Source: Marsupella aquatica (Eukaryota > Plantae > Marchantiophyta). From it: a stretch of 64,000 bases of DNA. The stretch lies in contig OZ316895.1 of NCBI GenBank assembly GCA_973895155.1, positions 5,149,181-5,213,180 on the forward strand, written 5' to 3'. Shown in pieces: positions 55,301 to 62,793 of the stretch (positions are counted from its first letter, which is position 1; each line of letters begins with the position of its first letter). Below the pieces are notes generated by a model. The model saw only the letters and a list, made by a program, of their open reading frames with translations. It was not told the origin of the DNA and made no database searches. Made by a program: the position numbers and the translations under genes.

Positions 55301-55708
55301 CGGTGCAGCCGGTGCCTGTATCAACACAGGTGGTAATGGCGCTTGTTGGGCCACCGGTAACAGCACCGATGATAGGTGTGAGATGATTTGTGGCAATGCA
55401 GTGAGCTCTGGGATCAGATTTTGTAACTCAGACTGCACCAACACAAAGGGCTCTCCTTCTTCTCGCTCGTGATCTATGTCTGGCTCTTCGTCTGGGCATA
55501 TGGCCTCATTACATTGAGCCTCTTCCTGTTGCACACCAACTTGTTCTTCCAGCACCAGTGGCAACCTCCTCTCTTCTGCAAGCCGTAAGCGTTCTTCGGC
55601 AGCAACTCGTCGTCTGGTCCCAATCCAAGAGGGCCCCCCTTCTAGCTCTGATCTTGGGGTACGTGTGTGTTGGGGACTTCCTCTACCTCCCCTTCTCCCT
55701 CTCGGCAT
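49310..55708 (-). CDS. Gag-Pol polyprotein, 2132 aa (Gag with 3 CCHC knuckles, protease, RT, RNase H, integrase; no chromodomain)
   Basis: CTKCMKFGHAPKEC, CYNCRVAGHYANVC and CQLCKGEGHLAPHC knuckles; VDGGSGVN protease; CQDFRKLNDATKKDHYPLP, FLDGYSGYNQI and FIDDF (RT); VYVDVSGFCIGAVL (RH); WGVDFIGP, LVSDRGTHF, HPRANGLTER and WMGPY (integrase). Confidence 0.97.
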   Translation of the reverse strand: MPRGRRGGRGSPQHTRTPRSELEGGPSWIGTRRRVAAEERLRLAEERRLPLVLEEQVGVQQEEAQCNEAICPDEEPDIDHEREEGEPFVLVQSELQNLIPELTALPQIISHLSSVLLPVAQQAPLPPVLIQAPAAPMAAAQRTRVQYVPFKGRPKDDPDEWIEEFEGIAEANGESAHKLTIIPGMMRGEAGPWFISLLANVKADWALFKQAFLKEFRSIGVEATSLLKVGQLRMKKKESLRRFLQRFQKLVRRIQARTDDAMRQAWFVAALPSKMGFFVRQAKPTTLAEAIAAAESYTAADATSKRCRRKKLKPVDSSSSEESSGSDSDSSDESEDSESTTESDTTESEAERRRRKKKKLSKKVKKSSHREVILPTVAVTPLSTARRLKEQEARYDELTEQMKALKVHFAGLKPERRKVPVERANVWCTKCMKFGHAPKECPAGEPAKVFQVREEDVEGASYSNPSYAAEGPIEYFMEEPPEANVYSVQPLNPGPRSIHGVSTNARAPAYSNYPNANPGNRPPYPGVRKIPICYNCRVAGHYANVCPEPTRQGNGDFARLCQLCKGEGHLAPHCPTLEAFKAQPIGAQEKKGPPPPLKEASVNFLTTEAVDTPLITRREETVVNIPKQRMTTITEEVVPLVVVVSPVVEIPVVVVATSTEVEVANPSPPSHEWTHAENLPEEDSDEERRHYSCYRVSTRSGKKKGKSELKQKYKEVHQASTSGTSHEPEVPPMEDSDFDRDNPKLFYPKVGEEVRKQLEELEAQAMQAAIDKDMEEAKARKKAEERVVRWKPGEEVIPPIPPATAYNIAQDILDCPVSATIGQLLRDSSLYRRQVKEILMRRRRRRRLPKVGADPIQVNWVTEDLGAPELTVDINGCAIRFVPVDGGSGVNIMTEETANRLGYTELEPPARAMRLADGARVVPLGCLTKIPTMIGGKSFPLNYLVMRPVRPYGFPILIGRPWLYVAKVTSDWGKRQFRFGIPTITIPWSAESPHGETTTMEEEYDSEVTSDEDEDEVYMVKLISHLTEEDVFGPGVATQEHAVEESVSQVHAVLEEMEDERSKIVEAEPLEIHDREAEDHPEEVEMQAHTIMFDDEQREQFLNDILDDDFREELLSHYKESDVEEIMAHVTKDPPPSRPDQEESDAPVYGGMRLARLEETFDEETRNKLDVIRPEQYTKVEVGEGKTLNIGSKLDATEQRTIQELLKEYQDVFAWSHQDLKGVPPEFGEHSIDLMSGARPVRQRQYRLNPKYSLMVKEEIDRLLDAGFIYPVMHSEWVSPIVIVPKKKGPDGKVKIRVCQDFRKLNDATKKDHYPLPFTDIVLDMVAGWEIYSFLDGYSGYNQIWIREEDQLKTAFTTEWGIFAFRRMPFGLCNAPGMFQRLMMNIFHDFLRRFLEIFIDDFAVYGKRVKHPEHLRLTFQRCRETCLKLHPEKCFFGIEEGILLGHKVSARGIEVDREKVAVWVAVSFPKNVKEVRGFLGCVGYYRRFIKDFAKVAMPLTSMLKKGSEFEPTPSRQAAFDELKKRLLEAPVLITPNWNKEFHVYVDVSGFCIGAVLSQLDDDGRDHPIYFASRQLAPAEKNYSPTDREALGIIYACKKYRHYLLGYKVVFHTDHNSLKYMVNKPDLSGRIARWVLLLQEFNYEVRVRSGKSHSNADFFSRIEGASDSQEIDDRFPDEEVFSVNTEATTWYGEILEFLRTARVPSRLGPERAAVFLRKTGPYLLVKGVLHKYGMDGRLRRCLEEAEIRTVMAALHEEEAGGHFARETTARKILDAGYWWPTLFRDVHRYIQRCDPCQRQGKPGPSSRHPLVPILPLAPFEKWGVDFIGPFTPITRRGRKRYIILATDYATKWVEARATAKDDANTTARFLYEQIFTRFGPPLELVSDRGTHFLNHTIERLTENYLISHRKTTPYHPRANGLTERANGIMGKILNKTVSAHKTDWDLKLLAATYAYNLAHKTTTGHSPYFLVFGQHSLVPVEFEVPTIRILTREREGAEESVASRIQQLEQLTETREEALTHTEQEQGKRKSHYDSHLRRVSIEEGDLVLLYDSRFMHFPGKLHTRWMGPYVVDAVYSNGSVQLKTLEGQLLNTRINQERLKKYYTEEEYGARGGASQLREELCDGYPVTGSHT
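49349..49358 (-). other. Polypurine tract
   Basis: Minus strand AAGAGAGGAG, 3 nt before the TG of the 3' LTR. Confidence 0.8.
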
Positions 55709-55925
55709 CCCATTGAGACCTGCATTCCAAACTTACACCAATGTCTCAGAAAGCAATATTTGTAAACATCAACCATCGCACGATGCGTTGTGGTTGACGT
55801 ACAATAACAAAGTAACCAACAAACTTCTCACGTATCAACCGTCGCAAGTTGCGTTGTGGTTGATAGGTTTGAACTCCCAATAGACGTAGCTCCCCTCCTT
55901 CGTGTCGTCAAACAAGAAGAAGGAT

Positions 55926-55943
55926 TCCCCGGCAGCGGCGCCA
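55926..55943 (-). other. Primer-binding site complementary to the 3' end of tRNA-Asp
   Basis: The plus strand reads tccccggcagcggcgcca, matching the plant tRNA-Asp 3' end (TCCCCGGCAACGGCG-CCA) with one mismatch. This is the PBS type of Athila elements. Confidence 0.85.
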
Positions 55944-55963
55944 AAAACAAAAGACCACACTTA

Positions 55964-58900
55964 TGTCACTTGCCTCTCCAACGGTTAATACGTGCAAACC
56001 GCACTTTTCTTCGCTTAAACCGTTGGTATCGTATTACGGGGTCGTGGAGGGACGCTATTTGGATTCTTTTCACACCAGGATGAGTATTTTGGTTTCCGCT
56101 CCCGGAAATGTAGGTTTTGATCAAGTCTACCGACTACCCTCACCCCACAGCTTTTGATCAAGTCCTGCCGACTACCCCACTACACCTTCACTCGGAGTCA
56201 CCCAAAGAGTGCTGTCACCACCCCTACTCACAAGGCCGACTCAAACCAAGCAAGTTTCTTCAAATCATAGAACGGGAGAACACAATTCGGAAAGCGAAAA
56301 AGGGAGAAGGAACACACAACAAAAGCCCATCAAGTCAAATGTACAGATCCATATCTCTTGGGAAAAACGATACACATTGCATGAGTAACCCGGCCTCCTG
56401 CCGTCTACTCAACTCCTGCCTCTCCGGACAATGAGTATGGCTCCCCCTCACTACTCTGAACACGCTTTCAAACTCCTCAGGCTCCACTCTATCCCTCCTT
56501 GCTAACTTCACACTGAGTCCCCCTAACTACTTCGGGGCTATCCCCCTAAATACTGAAAAATCACACCAAAGCACCCCTCACAGGGTCACAACGGTGGCGG
56601 CTACCCTAGCGGCGCCGCTAAAACCTTGCACTAAGAGAAATCCTTAAACTGAAGAGGAGCATGCGGCACACACATGCTGCTAAAACCCTAAACCCAAAAC
56701 AAGGGGGCCGACGGTGCCTTCGACGGCGCCCCAACAGTACACGTGAACCCTGAAAGTGAGAGGCACCCCAAAATGGCCGAAACTAGGTGCCCTTCCAAGT
56801 GCACACCTGAGCTCACCCCTGGATAGCTCTTCTTTTCCTGCTTCCGAATCACTAAGTCGCTCCCTCAACGGACTTCAGACGCCTGAGTTATGGCCGTTTC
56901 CGTACCGCAAAAACATAAGTTCTCCAGGCCATAACTTGCTCATCCTGGCTCCGTTTGAGGAGCGCCGCCTCTTGTTGGAATCAGCTCCGCGAGCTCATCC
57001 CAACAAGCCCATGAGTGACCCCCCACTAAAATGTTGGAAATCTGGAGGCCGTACACCCACGTCCGTACGCCTATCTAATCCTCCTCTTCTTCTTCGCTCT
57101 CGGTGCCCGGACTTGTGCCCCGTGAGTGGTCCTCCTCCTCATCACTCACGGGAGTGAGTGCCACCGTACTTTTCTTCTTCTTCGACGGAGTACTCTTAGT
57201 GCTGCTGCTCCCGCGCTTCCTCAAAGCAGCCAAGGCCTGCCACGCCTTGATGTACCCCTCACCAATTGTGTCCTTCCAGAGGGTAGCCTCTTCTCCGGAC
57301 CGCAACTCCAACGGTAGAACTTGCCCCGTGGCCATGGGAGTCCCGGGGGTGACAGACCTGGGTGGCATCCCCGTACTGACCTGAGCCTCCCGTAACGATT
57401 TCCGTACCTCCCGGAGCTTCTTCTCCAAGCTCTTACTCTTCTCCTGACTCTTCTTGGCTCCATCCAACAAGGGTCCATACTTCCCACTAACCTCCTTCAC
57501 CACCATCTCGATAGCTTGGGAGATCACATCCGGGGAAAGTGTGGAGCCAGGTGTGCCGGGACTCTTCCGTTTCCCTAGACTCAGGGCCTCACTTCTCTTC
57601 GCTCGTGTCTCAAAGGCTGCCACCTGACTCCGTAGTGCTCCCACCTGGTTCCTCCACTCCATCACTTCTCCAGAATTTTGCTTCTCTTTGGCCAATGCTT
57701 GCCTCAACGCTCCTACTTCTTCTGCTTCCTTGGCCTTGGTGGACAAAGCTCCCTTCAAGTTGGTGATCTCTACGTGAGCTGCATTGATGTGCCTGACCTT
57801 CTCATGAATGGTCTGCTCCTTGGTCTTGATCACCTCCTTCAGTGACAGGATGCTCTGCTCTAACGTCTCTACTTTGACTGTGGCGTGCTTGAGAGACTCC
57901 CTCAATGCGTGGACTAGCTTGAGTCCCTCGTGGACTCCCTCTCTGAAATCCCGTAGCTCTGCCAAGTAAACATCCGGAATGTTGTATTCCAGAGGCTGTT
58001 TCGGATCTCCCACGAGTGATTCAAGCCACTCCAATGTGCAATCATCCTCCTGGTTCTCTTCTTCTCTATTATCCTCCCCACCAGCAGACAATGATTCCTC
58101 CGTGAGCTTCCCTAAAACGGTAGTGGCAATACTCCGGATCTCCGTGGTGAGAGATGATCCCGTGTCTTCATGCCCCGGAGAACCAATCAACCCTTCTGCC
58201 CTGGCCAATACAAATGACCCCATCAAATGTACAGCCCCACCTGGTTTCACACTCCCGGGCTCAGCGGCCAATAGCTTCTTCAATCCGTAGCACCACCATC
58301 CGTACACATGGGCTGGGTAGTTCTTGATGTCCATAGCTACCACGAAATGCTCCTCATTCAGCACTCCGGATTGCACGTTGCCAAGAACCCGTTGATGCAC
58401 CTTGGCCAGGAAGCCCTTATACTCAACATCCTTGACAGCAGAAAGAGGGATGGCGGTGGTGGAGGTAGGATTGGTCACCCAAGTGGCCACCATTTTCAAC
58501 GTGAGTTCTCCCCTGATATTCCGAGGTATGAATGAGAATTTCTGATTCTCAAGAAACAATAGCTTAGCCAACTCCACATGGGGCACTACACGTTTGAGAC
58601 ATTCAAAGTAGATTCCCTCCGTTCGGAACTCCATCCCGGCCTCAATGTCCCAGCTCTTCCCTGAAGGGATGGTAATCTCCACCTTCATGAATTCTGTAAG
58701 CCCGGTGGCTTGGAAAATGTTCCGACAATCCTCCATCACCTTGGTGGAGGTCTTGGGATAAATTCGACGAAAAATCTTCCTACCCACCGGTGAGGAACCC
58801 GCTGCCAATCCCGTGCTCATCATAACTTCTCTCTCTTCCCTTTCCCGTGTAATCCGAGTCTCCACGTAGTCACGGTAAGCAGCCTTGTATCTCCGAATGC

Positions 58901-60041
58901 GTGACGCACTAAACTCTGGTTGATCTAGCATCCATGCATCCCGAAATCAATTTCTCAATCACCAATCCCGTCACCCGTGGCAATGTCAATTCCCTGGCCC
59001 GAAACAGCCCCCGTAGCCCGATCACTTAAATTCTCTCAATTTCCCGTCACTACTCCGTGCGGCCGCCACTAATGCCTGGAAGAATGACGCCAGCAAGCCC
59101 CACTAATCCACCATGAAAGAGAGAGCTTCAAAAATAATTAGAATCTGGAGAGAGCTTCCGGCAAGAGAGAGAAGAACCCCGTTTTTGCTTTCGGCAATGA
59201 GAGGGTCGTGCAAAAGGAAGAGGGAAAGAAAAAGGAAGGAAAAAAAAATAGAACCGAAAAAACTCCTGGCGCCTTCGCCATGCGCCCCGGCCCATTTCTC
59301 GGGCCTTACCCTTGCGTCCTCCTGCGCGCGGCCCTATGCAGGGCGCGCGGCCATTCCTCCCGGCTCGCGGGAGGCCCTTCAACTCCCCCCCGCTCGCGTG
59401 ATCCTCCCAGCTCGCGGGAGGCCCTTTAACTCCCCCCCGCTCGCGTGATCCTCCCAGCTCGCGGGAGGCCCTTTAACTCCCCCCCGCTCGCGTGATCCTC
59501 CCAGCTCGCGGGAGGCCCTTTAACTCCCCCCCCCCGCTCGCTTGCGCTCCTTCAGCTCGCGGAGCCTCATTAATTGCCCGGGCACGCAGCCCTATGGGCT
59601 CGCGAGGCAGCCCCTTCAGCTCGCGGAGCCCCATTAATCGCCCGGGCACGCAGCCCTATGGGCTCGCGAGGCAGCCCCTCTTTCTCTCGGACGGCCACTA
59701 ATGGGACTCGCCCTCCTGAGGAGGGATTTATTTAAAAAAAAACCCCCCCCTCTCCTGACTTTGCAATGGGGGTCTCAACAATAGCTCTTGAAGCAAAACG
59801 GTAAGTCCTATGGGGCTGGTCCTGGCTAGTTTCAAGGTCCCAAAATATTTGCCCACTTAGGTCGCCGCAAATCTTAGAACTATTATGAGAGAAAGAATAT
59901 AAAGTCACCTGGGGCATCATCAACCTATAATGACGGAATTAACTAAAAATTAAAAAATGGCTTATTTACATTGACTATTAACAAGGTATCGGCCTTTGCA
60001 ACCAGTTATGTGTGACTTCCCGTGACGGGGTACCCGTCACA
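55964..60041 (-). repeat. 5' LTR (4078 bp)
   Basis: Near-identical to 45267-49345 and followed on the minus strand by the PBS. Confidence 0.97.
57075..58931 (-). CDS. 618-aa LTR-encoded protein, 5' LTR copy
   Basis: Translation identical to 46378-48234. Confidence 0.85.
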   Translation of the reverse strand: MLDQPEFSASRIRRYKAAYRDYVETRITREREEREVMMSTGLAAGSSPVGRKIFRRIYPKTSTKVMEDCRNIFQATGLTEFMKVEITIPSGKSWDIEAGMEFRTEGIYFECLKRVVPHVELAKLLFLENQKFSFIPRNIRGELTLKMVATWVTNPTSTTAIPLSAVKDVEYKGFLAKVHQRVLGNVQSGVLNEEHFVVAMDIKNYPAHVYGWWCYGLKKLLAAEPGSVKPGGAVHLMGSFVLARAEGLIGSPGHEDTGSSLTTEIRSIATTVLGKLTEESLSAGGEDNREEENQEDDCTLEWLESLVGDPKQPLEYNIPDVYLAELRDFREGVHEGLKLVHALRESLKHATVKVETLEQSILSLKEVIKTKEQTIHEKVRHINAAHVEITNLKGALSTKAKEAEEVGALRQALAKEKQNSGEVMEWRNQVGALRSQVAAFETRAKRSEALSLGKRKSPGTPGSTLSPDVISQAIEMVVKEVSGKYGPLLDGAKKSQEKSKSLEKKLREVRKSLREAQVSTGMPPRSVTPGTPMATGQVLPLELRSGEEATLWKDTIGEGYIKAWQALAALRKRGSSSTKSTPSKKKKSTVALTPVSDEEEDHSRGTSPGTESEEEEED

Positions 60042-60046
60042 CGTAG

Positions 60047-60447
60047 AAAGGCATCCCAATGCGCGAGTTGTACCCGGTGACACGGAATGATTCTTTCAAC
60101 TTCTCAATCGATGCACTTTCTTTCTGTAAGGTTTGAACAACCTCCATGGGGAGCAATCTACAAAGAGGAATTCGAGGTGGCTCCTTATCGAATCCTCAAA
60201 AATCCTTCCCGAATGACAATGCGTGCTTTGATATTACCTCGTCTATCAATAAGCCTATGTCACTGACTTCACCCATGGAGACGTCCTTAGGGTCCATTCT
60301 CCCTCTCCTCGACCTCGGGAAGGGCTGTGCAGATTCAGCTTCGGAAGTCGATAGGGACGCAGTCGATCGAGTGACGCGACGGGTGTATACTGAACCAGCG
60401 AATGAAGACTGAGAGGACTCAGAATGACCACCATCAGCCTCCCCCAT
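60047..60447 (-). pseudogene. 5' part of the ParB-MTase-like gene, upstream of the LTR insertion
   Basis: MGEADGG... then an in-frame stop at 60196, then PPRIPLCRLLPMEVVQTLQKESASIEKLKESFRVTGY...PFY|V, which continues in frame across the TSD into 45261 and below. Confidence 0.7.
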
Positions 60448-60531
60448 TCTCGTATCACCCAGCCAAAAGTTGCCATGGAGAGCGACTCAACCAAAGGCAC
60501 TGTCGGATGCGCCGTGCAGTTCTTGTCACGA

Positions 60532-62015
60532 TCACGTCTCAAAATGTATGGGACCAATAAAGGACGCACACACGCACTTGACAAACTCGTACAGTCCGAG
60601 GTCTGAGCGCGTAGACAGACTAAATTATCCCAAACGAGCGATCTCCACCTCGTATTAAGACACCGATACATTGGAACCAGCCATTCGATTACAACGGTCC
60701 CAAGTATAGATGGCATTCTCCGATTGGACTTTCATCCCAGACAAAAGCAAAAAGGGTTCCGTGAACCTCAATCTACTATAATATTACCGTTGGAAAGTGA
60801 CCGTTGGAACCACATCAATGTCGGTAGTTGTGGATAGCGCTAGGCGCTATTATACAACATACTTTCAAATGTATCTGAAAAACCGTCAATGTAGCTTTGG
60901 ACAGTACTATCAACACAAGTGTCTATAAATTTTCCAATTTTGTGCAGGAGTCGACAAGCCAACTTTAGTAGCGCTCGGCGCTAGTATCCAAATAAATGAT
61001 GAAATCGGAGTCCAATGACAACAAACATGACCACATGAACCCATTCATTAAACGAATATTCCAATGAATTACAATAGCGCCTGGCGCTATTAAAATGCAC
61101 ATCAATTGAACAGACTTTGTTGAAATAAAAGTAAAAATAACTCCGAACGGGTCTGACTTGTGATTCCTTTCATTAATAGCGCCCAACGCTATCAAAAACA
61201 CTTCAGAGATAAGACATGTCACGACAGTGTTACGGACACTTTGTTTGTCATAATAGCGCCGAACGCTAGTAAAAACATTGACAGCAAACGAGTGTTTACG
61301 GCCATTTCAAAGAAATAGATCAGTTTCGCATTCAGAAATACAATGCAAACACGGGAGTAGAACCCAAAATTAAAGCTTGGTCTTCTGAATTCAAAAGCAT
61401 TGACACCGGGGTAAAAACGAACGGTTGTGTCGTTCATATACAAAATGTTACAATACACTAGAAATCCGGCATACGAGGAAGGAACGGTATGGGTTTTGTA
61501 ACGGAAAAAAACGAGTGGAATTAGATCCTATCAACCTCGATGGATCCTCAAGTCTCTCCAGCACTCGAATGAGACGCTTTGACACCGGGAAATCAGTCTT
61601 CCCACCAACTTGGCTTGTACCCATCAGAGTCGTCATTCAAGTCGCTCGATCCATACCACGCAAATCCTTGCCTGCTCGGTGATGAGTCCCCACTCAAAGA
61701 ACGATCACTCTTAGTGGATGAAGAAGATACAGAGACTCCCGTGCAGATAGTGTCGGCTCTTGGATGGCCGACTGAAGCATGGGCGATATCCCTAGCGGGA
61801 ATAGAAGTCGGGCCGCTCGCATTTGGCCGACTGGATCCTTCGCTGCGTCCCACAGTTGGGGCATTCTTCGTCTTTGAGATGAGTTTCCCCTTCTTCGAGA
61901 TTGGAACCGTCGTCCTCTTGTCCCGAGGTGGTAAGCTATTTGATGCAGGGGTCTCCCGGTTGGTGTCACTCGGAACAAGTGCCTCCTCCTTTGCCTTCCC
62001 CCGTGGAGGTGCCAT
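60532..62015 (-). pseudogene. Decayed two-exon accessory gene of unknown function (MAPPRGKAKEE...), intron ~61474-60770
   Basis: Low-complexity basic/Ser-rich N-terminus with an apparent frameshift near 61600 and a GTATGC donor at 61474. The downstream exon-like segment has TAA stops. It could instead be the true 5' end of the ParB-MTase gene. Confidence 0.4.
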
Positions 62016-62474
62016 TGAAAGTGAACTAGGACGAGAACAAGAAGCGCGAACAAGAACGTGAAGGAGGACAACAACGTGAACTAGGACGAGAATGAGAAAT
62101 GAGGACGAGAAGGAGAACAAGAACGTGCACGAAAGCCAAAAAGAACAACTGGGCCCGAATGCGAGAACGGGAACCACGCGCCCAAAAGATGAGCCACAAT
62201 TGCGACTCAGTAAAGAATGGCTTGACAATGAGGACATTGGAGGAGAACGACTAGATATAAGGAGAGTTTGCACTTGGTCCTGGCTGCCCACTTTGAAGAG
62301 GACCCTCTGATATAACTTTCAGGGATGCTTCCTCTCTGACACATTTGGACCCGGACGGATCGGATTCGCGAAGATCCAGTGGAGATCTTAAAGTGTGCCA
62401 ACTTAATGACTCGTACTGTATCGCATTATCGTACTTATCCTTCCATTGAATGTTTTCAAGTCCATTGAAATAGG

Positions 62475-62618
62475 TAGCGCCAGGCGCTATTATTTATTGC
62501 CTTCGTACTCCTCACCCAAGAATGTTTGCACCCAGAGGTAGCGCCAGGCGCTATTATTATTGGCATTCATAGTCCTCACCCAAGGGTGTTTTACACATAG
62601 AGATAGCGCCAGGCGCTA
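62475..62618. promoter_or_regulatory. Three ~64-bp tandem units, each carrying TAGCGCCAGGCGCTA, between the divergent genes
   Basis: Palindromes at 62475, 62539 and 62604; the two spacers share tcctcacccaag. A regulatory role is inferred from position. Confidence 0.6.
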
Positions 62619-62793
62619 GTAACTATGAACCCGAATCCTGCCGTTGGTAAGACGACAAAACGTCATTGATGGAGTGCGTCCAAATCCATAACGACTCTAT
62701 AATGAGAATGGAACGTTTACTTCTCGTACTCGAATCTCATGATAAACATATTTCATTTCGCGTGGGGCAAATGCATATCCCTCTTTTGAATCC

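Larger units (their letters stand above)
45267..60041 (-). mobile_element. Intact Ty3/gypsy non-chromovirus (Athila-like) LTR retrotransposon, 14,775 bp
   Basis: TG..CA termini, 5-bp TSD CGTAG (45262-45266 and 60042-60046), near-identical LTRs, tRNA-Asp-type PBS, PPT and an uninterrupted gag-pol. Confidence 0.97.

Noticed and set aside
49623-55336. Numerous plus-strand ORFs antisense to gag-pol
   Set aside because: Short shadow frames of the long coding strand with no independent motifs.
45267-60041. 4-kb duplication as an assembly artefact or segmental duplication
   Set aside because: TG..CA ends, 5-bp TSD, PBS, PPT and small differences between the copies all fit genuine LTRs.
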